Assembly: GCA_016176335.1 (NCBI GenBank)
Contig: JACOXI010000004.1
Span: forward strand, 18,303-82,302
Direction: 5' to 3'
Origin: Candidatus Daviesbacteria bacterium
GTDB lineage: Bacteria > Patescibacteriota > Microgenomatia > Daviesbacterales > UBA10151
Length of the DNA stretch: 64,000 nucleotides
A program made the position numbers and the translations under genes. The notes beneath the pieces are model-generated. The model searched no databases. It worked only from the letters and a program-made list of their open reading frames with translations, and had not been told where the DNA came from. This document shows, in pieces, positions 1 to 8,209 of this stretch. How positions within the stretch are numbered: the first letter of the stretch is position 1; each line of letters opens with the position of its first letter.

Positions 1-4
1 GCAG

Positions 5-445
5 GTGGAGCACGGATTAAAGTTTCTAATAGTTGATTATTTGCAGCTTATTCATGGAAGAAATCTGGAAAACAGGGTGCAGGAAGTTTCAGAGATTTCC
101 CAAAACTTAAAAAATTTGGCCAGGGAATTAAAGATTCCGGTTCTGGCTATATCACAACTTAACCGTTCGGTTGAGGCGCGGGGTACCAAAAGGCCTCAAC
201 TGGCAGATCTTCGTGAATCCGGTGCAATTGAACAGGATGCTGATGTGGTGATGTTTATTTACAGAGAAGATCCGGACAAAGGGGAAAACGTTACTTTAGA
301 TATTCAAAAACACAGAAATGGACCAACAGGAGAGATAGAGTTATTCTTTCGGGCGGAGCGGACCAAGTTTTACGGTGCGGAGAAGGCCAGAATTAAATCT
401 ACTGAAAAAGTCGAGTCAAAGGAAGCTCCTGTCGCAGCTGCCTAG
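5..445 (+). CDS. dnaB: Replicative DNA helicase DnaB, C-terminal fragment (5' end outside window)
   Basis: Translation carries the DnaB C-terminal RecA-like motifs: [39 protein letters not shown]. The ORF runs off the left edge. Confidence 0.8.
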   Translation: MEHGLKFLIVDYLQLIHGRNLENRVQEVSEISQNLKNLARELKIPVLAISQLNRSVEARGTKRPQLADLRESGAIEQDADVVMFIYREDPDKGENVTLDIQKHRNGPTGEIELFFRAERTKFYGAEKARIKSTEKVESKEAPVAAA

Positions 446-990
446 AGGATAATTAAAGTAGCAATCAGTAAATAGACTAATAAACTGATCAAGTTTTGTA
501 AGATTGTGGTAAATGGACCTGCACCTAAAGCTGGGTCTTCATGTTCTTTAAAAAGCACTTCTGGCACAATTAGAGCAATCATTGGAGCTATAATCCCATT
601 AATAAACATAGCTATGGCAACTGTTAGGGCAACATTAGTAGATCCTAACCAAAATTTGGCAAACAGCCCAAGTAAGCTGCCAAAAATTATTCCAAAAGAT
701 ATCCCAACCATCAGTTCTTTAATAAAATACTGAAAAAAATTATCTCTGAACTTTGCTAAATTTCTGACATAGATATTTTCTGTTTGAGTGCCTATAGCAT
801 CAGACATATAAACAATCACAGGCAAGAAAAACGCCAAAGAGATATTTTGAGATAAAATACTTTCAAATTTGGAAACTAAAATTGTGACAATTATTCCACC
901 TAAAAGTCCCACAATAAGCCAGGGAAATCTTTCCTTAATTAAGAGACTTACTCTTTCTTTAGCATCATCTGTGATGTGGTAATTAGCCAT
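442..990 (-). CDS. MgtE-family divalent cation transporter, membrane domain only (no CBS/N-domain)
   Basis: 182 aa with 4-5 TM helices. MgtE TM-domain motifs: [18 protein letters not shown] and [22 protein letters not shown]. Confidence 0.6.
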   Translation of the reverse strand: MANYHITDDAKERVSLLIKERFPWLIVGLLGGIIVTILVSKFESILSQNISLAFFLPVIVYMSDAIGTQTENIYVRNLAKFRDNFFQYFIKELMVGISFGIIFGSLLGLFAKFWLGSTNVALTVAIAMFINGIIAPMIALIVPEVLFKEHEDPALGAGPFTTILQNLISLLVYLLIATLIIL

Positions 991-1239
991 TAATTTGAGT
1001 ATATCATTTATAAGAGATAGAGTTGTTTAATTTGATATTTGGTGCCGGGGGAGGGAGTTCCTTCGACAGATTCGATGAACTTACTGCAAGCAAGCTCAGG
1101 ATAAACTTCTCCTCCCTCTGATCATAAACCTTTGGTGTTAAAAATACCTATTCTGGCTCAGGAGATAGCAAAAAGCTTGTGGGGTACAAAGCCTTCATTG
1201 AACATAACTAAATTTTAAACTTCAAAGAATTTTTAGATC

Positions 1240-1268
1240 TTGACATGAAAGTATATACTGGATACTAT
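1240..1268 (+). promoter_or_regulatory. Candidate sigma70-like promoter for the ArsR gene: TTGACA-17nt-TACTAT, start codon 6 nt downstream (leaderless)
   Basis: TTGACA at 1240-1245 and TACTAT at 1263-1268. ATG at 1275 with no Shine-Dalgarno sequence. Confidence 0.4.
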
Positions 1269-1274
1269 TAATAT

Positions 1275-1643
1275 ATGCTCAATCGTTCATATATTAAAGG
1301 TCATAAAGTACACCCCCATTATTTAACAGATTCTAAAATTTTATCACTTCAAAAGAGCATTAACTTTTCACTGGAAGAAGAAAAATTAGTTAGAGTTATC
1401 CGTCATTTATCAGACACTACAAAATTAAAGATTTATTTACTATTACATAAAGTTGAGGAAATATCAGTAACTGATTTAACTCAAGTTTTGGGACTTTCCC
1501 AATCAGCTGTTTCCCATGCCTTATCTGATTTAAAAAATTTAGGACTTGTGGAAAGTTATCGCTGCGGGCAATTAATCTGTTACTCGCTTAAGTTAGGTAC
1601 GAGAAAACGTAAATTGTTAAGCTTTCTTGAAAGGTTTAAGTAA
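1275..1643 (+). CDS. ArsR/SmtB-family metalloregulatory transcription factor
   Basis: Classic ArsR helix-turn-helix: ISVTDLTQVLGLSQSAVSHALSDLKNLGLV. About 120 aa. Confidence 0.8.
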   Translation: MLNRSYIKGHKVHPHYLTDSKILSLQKSINFSLEEEKLVRVIRHLSDTTKLKIYLLLHKVEEISVTDLTQVLGLSQSAVSHALSDLKNLGLVESYRCGQLICYSLKLGTRKRKLLSFLERFK

Positions 1644-1645
1644 TC

Positions 1646-2086
1646 ATGAAACCATTTAATGTATTCATTGCTATATCCCTGATTATAATTGCATTAGGTG
1701 TTTTCTTCTTTAGGAACGGATTCAACAAACCACAAAATATAGTCTCAAACACCGATTCTCCAGTTTTGATGGACAGGCTAAATTATATAGATTATTCGGA
1801 GCAGAATTTAGAGTCAGCTAAAAGAAACGGAAGACCAGTTTTGTTTTTTGCTGCCACTGTTTGGTGTCAAACCTGCCAGGCTTTGGAAAAAGAGATAAAA
1901 GAGAAGGGTAATCTCCTACCATCTGATGTAACAATACTTAAGGTTGATTATGATCATGATAGAGAAATGAATAGAAAATGGGGTGTAACTTCTCAGCATA
2001 CATTGATTGTTTTAGATCAAAATGGCAATGAAGTAAAAAGATGGATCGGCGGCAATCTTGATGCTTTAATTCAAAATTTAAACTGA
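1646..2086 (+). CDS. Membrane-anchored thioredoxin-fold protein (TlpA/ResA-like thiol:disulfide oxidoreductase)
   Basis: N-terminal TM helix followed by a thioredoxin-like WCQTC active-site motif. The start sits 3 nt after the ArsR stop. Confidence 0.7.
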   Translation: MKPFNVFIAISLIIIALGVFFFRNGFNKPQNIVSNTDSPVLMDRLNYIDYSEQNLESAKRNGRPVLFFAATVWCQTCQALEKEIKEKGNLLPSDVTILKVDYDHDREMNRKWGVTSQHTLIVLDQNGNEVKRWIGGNLDALIQNLN

Positions 2087-2096
2087 AGCAAGCTTC

Positions 2097-3776
2097 GTGC
2101 TTCGCAATAAAATTATGTTTCTGCTCATACCAATAGCTTTTATATCAGGAATATTAACAGTATTTTCACCTTGTGTTCTGCCGATACTCCCCGCTGTTTT
2201 GGCAAGCGGCATTGATGGAAATACCAGAAGGATCAAGGGGGTTATCTTAGGGCTTGTGATAAGTTTTACCGTTGCCTCTTTGCTTTTGGCAACAGTAGTT
2301 CGGGTTTTAGGTATTCCTGCAGATATTGTCAGAGCTTTAGCAGTAGTACTTTTAATTTTATTCGGAGTAAGCCTGGTATTTCCTATTATTTGGGAAAGGA
2401 TTCAGATCTGGATTGAAAGATACTGGCACTTTCAGCCAACTCAAAATCAAGGTAGTGGTTTCTGGGGAGGATTTTTAACAGGCACAAGCTTAGGAATTGT
2501 CTGGACACCCTGTATTGGTCCGGTTGTAGCAGCTATGGCAACACTGGCTGCAGTAAGCTCATTTTCTCTAACAATGGTATTAATTATTTTTGCCTACGCA
2601 ATCGGGACAGGAATACCACTGTACTTTATTGCAAGGGGTGGAAGTGCAGCTTCCCAGAAATTAACTTTTTTTAAAACCCAGAATCAGAAAATAAGACAAG
2701 TTTTTGGAATTATTATTCTAGCAACAGCATTATCTATTTGGACAGGCGCAGATAGAGTGTTGCAGGCTTGGACACTAACTAATTTACCAGAATCTTGGAC
2801 ACAACTTGCAACTACTTTTGAAAGTAAAGTTAAAGTGGATACGCAACTTAGTGAGTTAAAAGGAGGCGAACAGCAAATACAGAAGGCAACCCCTGGAGAA
2901 ACTGTGGTGAAAAAAGTATCCTTGCAAAACGATTTCAAGGGAGCAAAAATCAAGAAAGAAGATCTTTTACAAGGCTGTTTTGGGCAGGATTGCATTCCCT
3001 CAATTGATAATCCTAGATTTGAATCTATGAATGATGCTACCTGGTTAAGAGATGAAGACATTGTCTTTGCAATTGATTACAAAGGTGTGCAAAGAGCATA
3101 CCCTCAAAGAATTCTCAATTGGCACGAGATTGTCAATGATACTATCGCTAGTGATCCTGTAGCAGTTACTTTTTGCCCGCTTTGCGGGTCAGCTTTAGCT
3201 TTTGAGAGAAAGGTTGATGGGATAATTACAGAACTGGGTGTGTCTGGAAAGCTTCATAATAGTGATTTAGTTATGTATGATCGGTACGAGGGTAATTTAT
3301 GGCAACAAATTACAGGCGAGGGAATTGTCGGGCCTGCCGCAAGAAGAAATGAAGTTTTAAAACAAATTCCCATAATTACTACACCATGGGGGAAGTGGAA
3401 AAAGGAGCACCCCAATACTCAAGTGCTTTCAAGAAATACCGGCCATAGCAGAAATTACGATCAATACCCATATGGAACTTATGAACAGGATGATCAACTA
3501 TTTTTTGGTGTCAAAGGACTAGATAAAAGTCTTCAGATAAAAACAGTAGTGTATGGAATAGACGTTGATGGTAGGTCAAAGGCTTATCCGGAGAGTGCTT
3601 TTGAAACAAAAAAAGTTATAGAAGATAAGATCGGAGATACACCAATTAGATTAGAGAGAAAAGATTCTGGAGAGATCAAGGCAATAAATATACAAACAAA
3701 TGAAGAAATAATACCTATTAGGCTCTTCTGGTTTGCCTGGGTGGCATTTCACCAGGATACAGAAATTTATCCATGA
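2097..3776 (+). CDS. CcdA/DsbD-type thiol-disulfide transmembrane electron transporter fused to a C-terminal DUF3179 domain
   Basis: The N-terminal half has the CcdA signature Cys motifs in TM helices: SPCVLPILP and WTPCIGPV. The C-terminal ~300 aa has DUF3179 hallmarks: IPSIDNPRF, AYPQRIL, VTFCPLCGSA, LWQQITGE and FWFAWVAFHQDTEIY. Confidence 0.75.
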   Translation: MLRNKIMFLLIPIAFISGILTVFSPCVLPILPAVLASGIDGNTRRIKGVILGLVISFTVASLLLATVVRVLGIPADIVRALAVVLLILFGVSLVFPIIWERIQIWIERYWHFQPTQNQGSGFWGGFLTGTSLGIVWTPCIGPVVAAMATLAAVSSFSLTMVLIIFAYAIGTGIPLYFIARGGSAASQKLTFFKTQNQKIRQVFGIIILATALSIWTGADRVLQAWTLTNLPESWTQLATTFESKVKVDTQLSELKGGEQQIQKATPGETVVKKVSLQNDFKGAKIKKEDLLQGCFGQDCIPSIDNPRFESMNDATWLRDEDIVFAIDYKGVQRAYPQRILNWHEIVNDTIASDPVAVTFCPLCGSALAFERKVDGIITELGVSGKLHNSDLVMYDRYEGNLWQQITGEGIVGPAARRNEVLKQIPIITTPWGKWKKEHPNTQVLSRNTGHSRNYDQYPYGTYEQDDQLFFGVKGLDKSLQIKTVVYGIDVDGRSKAYPESAFETKKVIEDKIGDTPIRLERKDSGEIKAINIQTNEEIIPIRLFWFAWVAFHQDTEIYP

Positions 3777-4291
3777 ACAGAAAACTGATGGTTCTAAAAC
3801 AGTTGGATCTTTTTAAGGCGCTAACTGAAGATATGCTCAAATATATCAGTGAGCGTTTTGCTGAAAGAGAGTATGGCAAGAGACAGGTTATATTTGAGCC
3901 TGAAGATCGAGATAAGGTTTTTTTGTTAAAAAGCGGCAAAGTAGAGATTTATCAACTTACACCTGATGGTAAAAAAATTATTATTGATGTTTTGAGTTCT
4001 GGTGATGTTTTTGGAGATTTGGGTGTAAAAGAAGAAAATGAGCATTTTGTTGAAGCTACAACCAATTCTTTTGTTTGCGTGATGAACAAAGATGAATTTT
4101 TTGATATGGTTAGTAAAGTTCCCCAGGTTGCTAATATATTAGTTAAGGAGCTTTTCTCCAAGGTAATTGAGTCTGAAAAACAAATAGCTGCACTGGCTTC
4201 AGATAATCTTTTGGTTAAAGTAAAAAATTTACTGTTAAGACTTGCCAAAAAACATGGGGAGGTAAAGGACGACAGAGTGGTAATTACCTAA
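3773..4291 (+). CDS. Crp/Fnr-family cNMP-binding domain protein, truncated (lacks the HTH; probable pseudogene, see findings)
   Basis: The cNMP-binding beta-roll and dimerisation helix are present: GDVFGDLG ... LLLRLAKKHGEVKDDRVVIT. The ORF stops where the DNA-binding HTH should begin. Confidence 0.6.
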   Translation: MNRKLMVLKQLDLFKALTEDMLKYISERFAEREYGKRQVIFEPEDRDKVFLLKSGKVEIYQLTPDGKKIIIDVLSSGDVFGDLGVKEENEHFVEATTNSFVCVMNKDEFFDMVSKVPQVANILVKELFSKVIESEKQIAALASDNLLVKVKNLLLRLAKKHGEVKDDRVVIT

Positions 4292-4403
4292 TAAACTTGA
4301 GGAAAATAGAATAATTGAAAGAGATGGAAAAATAATCTCCTTTGACCCTCAAAAACTAGCCGAACTTTAATAAGCTATTTACACTTTTCGCATGTCCCAT
4401 TAA

Positions 4404-5513
4404 TTAATTAAAAACTCTTTGACTTTTTTCTGTTGATAGCCCTTCGTTATCTTTAGCCCCCACAACAACTATCGCATCAGGGCACTCCCCGGGAGTGTCA
4501 TAGCGCCATTCAACCTGCGAACCATCCACAGGTCCCACAAAATATCCGCAATTTATTTTCCAGACAAATGTCAGTTTTCCACCTTCAGGATCTGAAGCTG
4601 TAACTTTGAGCAAATATCGGTGGGGCGTCTCCTCGTAAGAACCATGAAGTTGTGTATTATCAATCCTTTCTACGATTGGAGGTCGGCCTGTACTTTGAGT
4701 CTTTTTGGCCTCGTCAGGCGTTTTCTGTGTTTTACCTTCAGTCGTTATTGTCCGGTCCATTTCCTCAAGTTTCTCATCTCCCGTAAGACCGTAAGCAATA
4801 CTGTAGTCTGCTGTGATTTGTTGTTTGACAATATTGGCAAACAATTTACTGACTGCATTTTTGTCAATAAGAGCAATTTGTGACCAGTTTACTGTAGTTG
4901 GAGGTATATCAAGTTGCGAAGTGCTCTTATCCTCACAATCCCAAAAAGAAATGCTGAATTTGGCAACAAATTCATATTCAATCCGCCTGTTGCTGTTTTT
5001 TGGATCTACCATAAACCCTTGTAAATCGACTTGTAAATCGAGCCTGTCAAGATTGATCCTGACAGAAGAATCTTTATCTGTTGGATAATCACAGTCCTGT
5101 GGTCCATATACCCAGCCGTCACCCGTAAAAAGCGTTTGTTTTTTGATTCCCAAGAACTCTCCAACAGTATTGACGGCTCTTTTAACCAGTCTGCCAAATG
5201 AAACCAACACGTTGGAGGGAGGTCTTTGTTCATCTAAGTAGTACTCATCAATGCGTCCGTGAACTTCACGATCAACTCGCCAGTTGCGCTTATCTTTGGC
5301 AGCCATCATGATTTCCCATTGCATGGTCTTCATTGCTTCTACCACTGCTTTTGGCCAGTTTTTGATATTTTCGGGTTTTCCATCATAAACATTTGAAGCA
5401 ATTTCAGGACTGTCTATACCAAACATCTCATATGCTGAAACATCACGAACATGGGAGAAAAAGAATAAGAGTAATATCAGGATGATAAATAACTTTGGAG
5501 CGGATTTCATCAT
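4404..5513 (-). CDS. Secreted hypothetical protein (signal peptide)
   Basis: Hydrophobic N-terminal signal sequence with an AYE cleavage-like site. No recognisable catalytic motif. Confidence 0.55.
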   Translation of the reverse strand: MMKSAPKLFIILILLLFFFSHVRDVSAYEMFGIDSPEIASNVYDGKPENIKNWPKAVVEAMKTMQWEIMMAAKDKRNWRVDREVHGRIDEYYLDEQRPPSNVLVSFGRLVKRAVNTVGEFLGIKKQTLFTGDGWVYGPQDCDYPTDKDSSVRINLDRLDLQVDLQGFMVDPKNSNRRIEYEFVAKFSISFWDCEDKSTSQLDIPPTTVNWSQIALIDKNAVSKLFANIVKQQITADYSIAYGLTGDEKLEEMDRTITTEGKTQKTPDEAKKTQSTGRPPIVERIDNTQLHGSYEETPHRYLLKVTASDPEGGKLTFVWKINCGYFVGPVDGSQVEWRYDTPGECPDAIVVVGAKDNEGLSTEKSQRVFN

Positions 5514-5517
5514 TGTT

Positions 5518-5919
5518 TTAATTAAACTTTACTTGTTGTAAAATGGCTGTCTGTTCGCCTGGATTTTGACTTACGGAGATTGTTATGGTGATTTCTTGCT
5601 TTGTTGACTTAAAAATAAGGCCTTTTTGATCTATCACCTGCCAACCATTCTCTTTGGCATTTTTCAAGAGGAAATCAAAAACCTCTTGAGGAGAATCATT
5701 TGAGGCAAAAGCAACCGCAAAATCAGATGGCGGTTTGGTTGCCATTCTAAAAATTGTAGATTCGGGATAAACCGGGAAATCCGGAACGGCGGTAGAGGAT
5801 GTATCAGAGGAAATAAGATCCAAACTGTCCTGATTTTTTACCATCACAAAAACACCTATCAGCACCACTATAGAAAGCAGCAATACAATCCGGATGTTTA
5901 ATAATTTTATTAACAACAT
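5518..5919 (-). CDS. Membrane-anchored hypothetical protein, co-oriented with and 4 nt upstream of the secreted protein
   Basis: N-terminal TM helix. Forms a tight two-gene unit with 4404..5513. Confidence 0.45.
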   Translation of the reverse strand: MLLIKLLNIRIVLLLSIVVLIGVFVMVKNQDSLDLISSDTSSTAVPDFPVYPESTIFRMATKPPSDFAVAFASNDSPQEVFDFLLKNAKENGWQVIDQKGLIFKSTKQEITITISVSQNPGEQTAILQQVKFN

Positions 5920-6078
5920 TGTTTAGCCCCTTAGATATCTTTTTGCTTGAAAAATGAATTTATCATTTTTTCTTTCTAGTACCAGTGTAGCAGAGAAATA
6001 AAAGTAAGGTCAAGGGGACCACAATTTTTGTCACTCAAATGACAGAATAGCTCAATTGAATGGTCTATTATTAAACGC

Positions 6079-6423
6079 GTGAGAGGTATTGCCACTTGCC
6101 AGGATTGTCCAATTAATATAACCATTTACCGCTTTACCGGCAGCCAGGGCTTTTTTAGTATACCCAAAAAGTGGTGTGAAGAGTGCGACCTGCTGGTGGA
6201 GTTGGTTAAAAAAACCGTCTCAAGTTTGAGATTGGAAAATAAAACAAAATTGACCATCAAGCCTTGGTTTCCCTGGTTTTGGCAGCCACTTTTAACAAAT
6301 TTAGCTTGGCATGCTCCAATTTTAACCATTAATGGAAGATTAATCAGTCAGGGGATTGTACCGGATAAGCATATCTTTACTAAAGCCCTTTTAGAAAATG
6401 TCGTTCAAACAACGGAAATATAG
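6079..6423 (+). CDS. Hypothetical protein with two CxxC motifs (possible thioredoxin-fold/metal-binding)
   Basis: CQDC and CEEC motifs. GTG start and no clear RBS, so this is a weak call. Confidence 0.35.
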   Translation: MRGIATCQDCPINITIYRFTGSQGFFSIPKKWCEECDLLVELVKKTVSSLRLENKTKLTIKPWFPWFWQPLLTNLAWHAPILTINGRLISQGIVPDKHIFTKALLENVVQTTEI

Positions 6424-6631
6424 ACAGATTAAATGTATATTTTAAACATGAACATCAAAAAAATTTTAAGCAATACAATTTTGAAAGACTTATACCTGCT
6501 TTTGACAGCGCCTATAGATAGTCCTGTTAAAAAATCTATCAACGGCAAAAAGGCTGAAGATAAATCCGAAGATCGTTTCATAAGATATATTTTAGATAAT
6601 CTGGTTGTGGGAAAAATGAAAGGAGGTAGAT

Positions 6632-6790
6632 ATGTCGCACGGACCACATCATAACTGTTTAATGTGTAGTATGGCAAAAACTGTGGGGATGATGGAGAAA
6701 CACCCAAAAGACTGTGATTGTGAAGCTCATCCCAAAAACAGGGATGAACAAAAAAGCGAAAGCAAGATCTCCGCCAGTTTAGGAATGTAG
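6632..6790 (+). CDS. Small Cys/His-rich protein, 52 aa (not in the ORF track); putative metal-binding
   Basis: AGGAGG at 6621-6626 lies 5 nt before the ATG. Product: MSHGPHHNCLMCSMAKTVGMMEKHPKDCDCEAHPKNRDEQKSESKISASLGM. Confidence 0.45.
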   Translation: MSHGPHHNCLMCSMAKTVGMMEKHPKDCDCEAHPKNRDEQKSESKISASLGM

Positions 6791-6966
6791 ATTTTGCTTA
6801 AATCAGGTTTGGGGGTAGGATATCAGTCCTAAATTTATAGACTGATTGCCGAGATTAAAAGGTCAAGCACCCAAAATTTGGTCATTGCCCGACATTCCCG
6901 GCCCTACCCTGAAACTTTGTAGTTAAAACGACAGATTTTAAAAAGAGAAAAGGATAAATTGAGACT

Positions 6967-7305
6967 ATGAAAAATAACATTCTGCATCTAACAGATCAAA
7001 ATTTTAAAGAGGAAGTTTTGAATTCAAATTTGCCGGTGATGGTAGATTACTGGGCTTCGTGGTGTTTCCCATGCAGGATAGTGGGCCCTATTATTGAAGA
7101 GTTGGCAGATGAGTTCAGTAGTAAACTAAGGGTGGGCAAATTAAATGTAGATGAAAATCCCCAAACAGCAGCCAGTTTTGGCATTATGAGTATCCCCACC
7201 ATCATAATATTTAAAGACGGTAAGCAAGTTAAGGTGATGGTCGGCGCTCAAAGTAAAGACTACTTCAAACAGCAAATTAATCAAATATTGGAGGGAAAAA
7301 TATGA
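6967..7305 (+). CDS. trxA: Thioredoxin
   Basis: WCFPC active site in the VDYWASWCFPCR context. 112 aa thioredoxin fold. Confidence 0.85.
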   Translation: MKNNILHLTDQNFKEEVLNSNLPVMVDYWASWCFPCRIVGPIIEELADEFSSKLRVGKLNVDENPQTAASFGIMSIPTIIIFKDGKQVKVMVGAQSKDYFKQQINQILEGKI

Positions 7306-7664
7306 GAAAAATTTTAATAGTACTTTTGGCAGATAAATGGAGTCATGAAAATATGGGGAGAGCATCTCACGCACTCTTGTATGCAAAGCAGTCAAAAGAG
7401 TCTGGACTGAAAGTTAAATTGATATTTGATGGTGGAGGTACTGAATGGGCGGTAGAGATGACAAAAGAGTCAAGCCATTTCTATAAACTGTATAAGGAAT
7501 TAATTGAGGCAGGGGTTGTTTTTAGCGTATGTGAATCTTGCGCCAAAGCATTTAAGGTAGAGCAAGATTTAAAAGCCGTGAAAGACCCTTTTGATGAGGA
7601 GGATCAGGGTCATCCCGATATTGGTAAGCATCTTGCATCAGGCTGGGATGTCATAATGCTTTAG
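7302..7664 (+). CDS. DsrE/DsrF(YchN)-like sulfur-relay/peroxiredoxin-like family protein
   Basis: 120 aa. MRKILIVLL...HALLYA pattern typical of the DsrE fold. Start overlaps the trxA stop. Confidence 0.55.
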   Translation: MRKILIVLLADKWSHENMGRASHALLYAKQSKESGLKVKLIFDGGGTEWAVEMTKESSHFYKLYKELIEAGVVFSVCESCAKAFKVEQDLKAVKDPFDEEDQGHPDIGKHLASGWDVIML

Positions 7665-7674
7665 TTGCTAAATT

Positions 7675-7980
7675 ATGAAAACAAAACTAATTGAACTTTG
7701 GAAAAATGATTGTGAGCATTGTGAGGCTACAAAGCCTATTCTTGAAGAGCTTGAAAAAGATGGATACCAATTTGAAAGATTTAATATAGAAACTCCGGAG
7801 GGTGAGAAAATTTGGAGAAACTACTCAAAAGAAATAGACGAGAATAATAAAAAAATGGGTTATGAATTAGGCTACATTTATACTCCTACGATAATTAATC
7901 CAGAAATCAGGAGATTAATAGCATTTCAAGATCGGGCACCGAAAAAAGAAGAAATAATAAGTCTTGCAGGTTTAGAGTAA
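7675..7980 (+). CDS. Glutaredoxin/thioredoxin-like small CxxC protein
   Basis: CEHC motif near the N-terminus (LWKNDCEHCEATKPILEEL), typical of glutaredoxin-like proteins. Confidence 0.55.
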   Translation: MKTKLIELWKNDCEHCEATKPILEELEKDGYQFERFNIETPEGEKIWRNYSKEIDENNKKMGYELGYIYTPTIINPEIRRLIAFQDRAPKKEEIISLAGLE

Positions 7981-8014
7981 AAACACTACATTATGAAAGG
8001 AGGTGTATAAAAAT

Positions 8015-8209
8015 ATGAATGATCAAAATCAAAACACTTGCATGGCATGTTCTTGCCCATGTGACATGCACAAAGAACACAGTCACTCAACCGAAAAAGC
8101 AGGTACGCAGAAGGAACATTCAATGACTTGCTCAAAATGCGGGCTTAAAGCAAAAGATCCTGGGGAAATGGAAGAGCATGGAAAAGCTCACCAGGGAGGA
8201 CAAATGTGA
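8015..8209 (+). CDS. Small Cys/His-rich protein, 64 aa; putative metal-binding
   Basis: GGAGG at 7999-8003 and ATG at 8015. Product contains CMACSCPCDMHKEHSHS and CSKCGLKAKDPGEMEEHGKAH. The GTG at 8003 in the ORF track is probably not the real start. Confidence 0.5.
   Translation: MNDQNQNTCMACSCPCDMHKEHSHSTEKAGTQKEHSMTCSKCGLKAKDPGEMEEHGKAHQGGQM

Noticed and set aside
991-1235. M-box (Mg) riboswitch in the mgtE-like leader
   Set aside because: Only a short partial match (GGCTCAGGAGATAGC vs GGCUCC..GGAGAUACGC) was found and it lies on the plus strand, whereas the mgtE-like gene is on the minus strand. Kept only as a low-confidence structured-RNA candidate.
1041-1275. tmRNA (ssrA) starting at GGGGGAGGGAGTTCCTTCGACAG
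   Set aside because: The 5' motif resembles the tmRNA start, but no tRNA-like T-arm/acceptor 3' end (GGTTCGAnTCC...CCA) exists before the well-supported ArsR gene at 1275. The available 230 nt is too short, and the minus-strand reading does not give a valid T-loop either.
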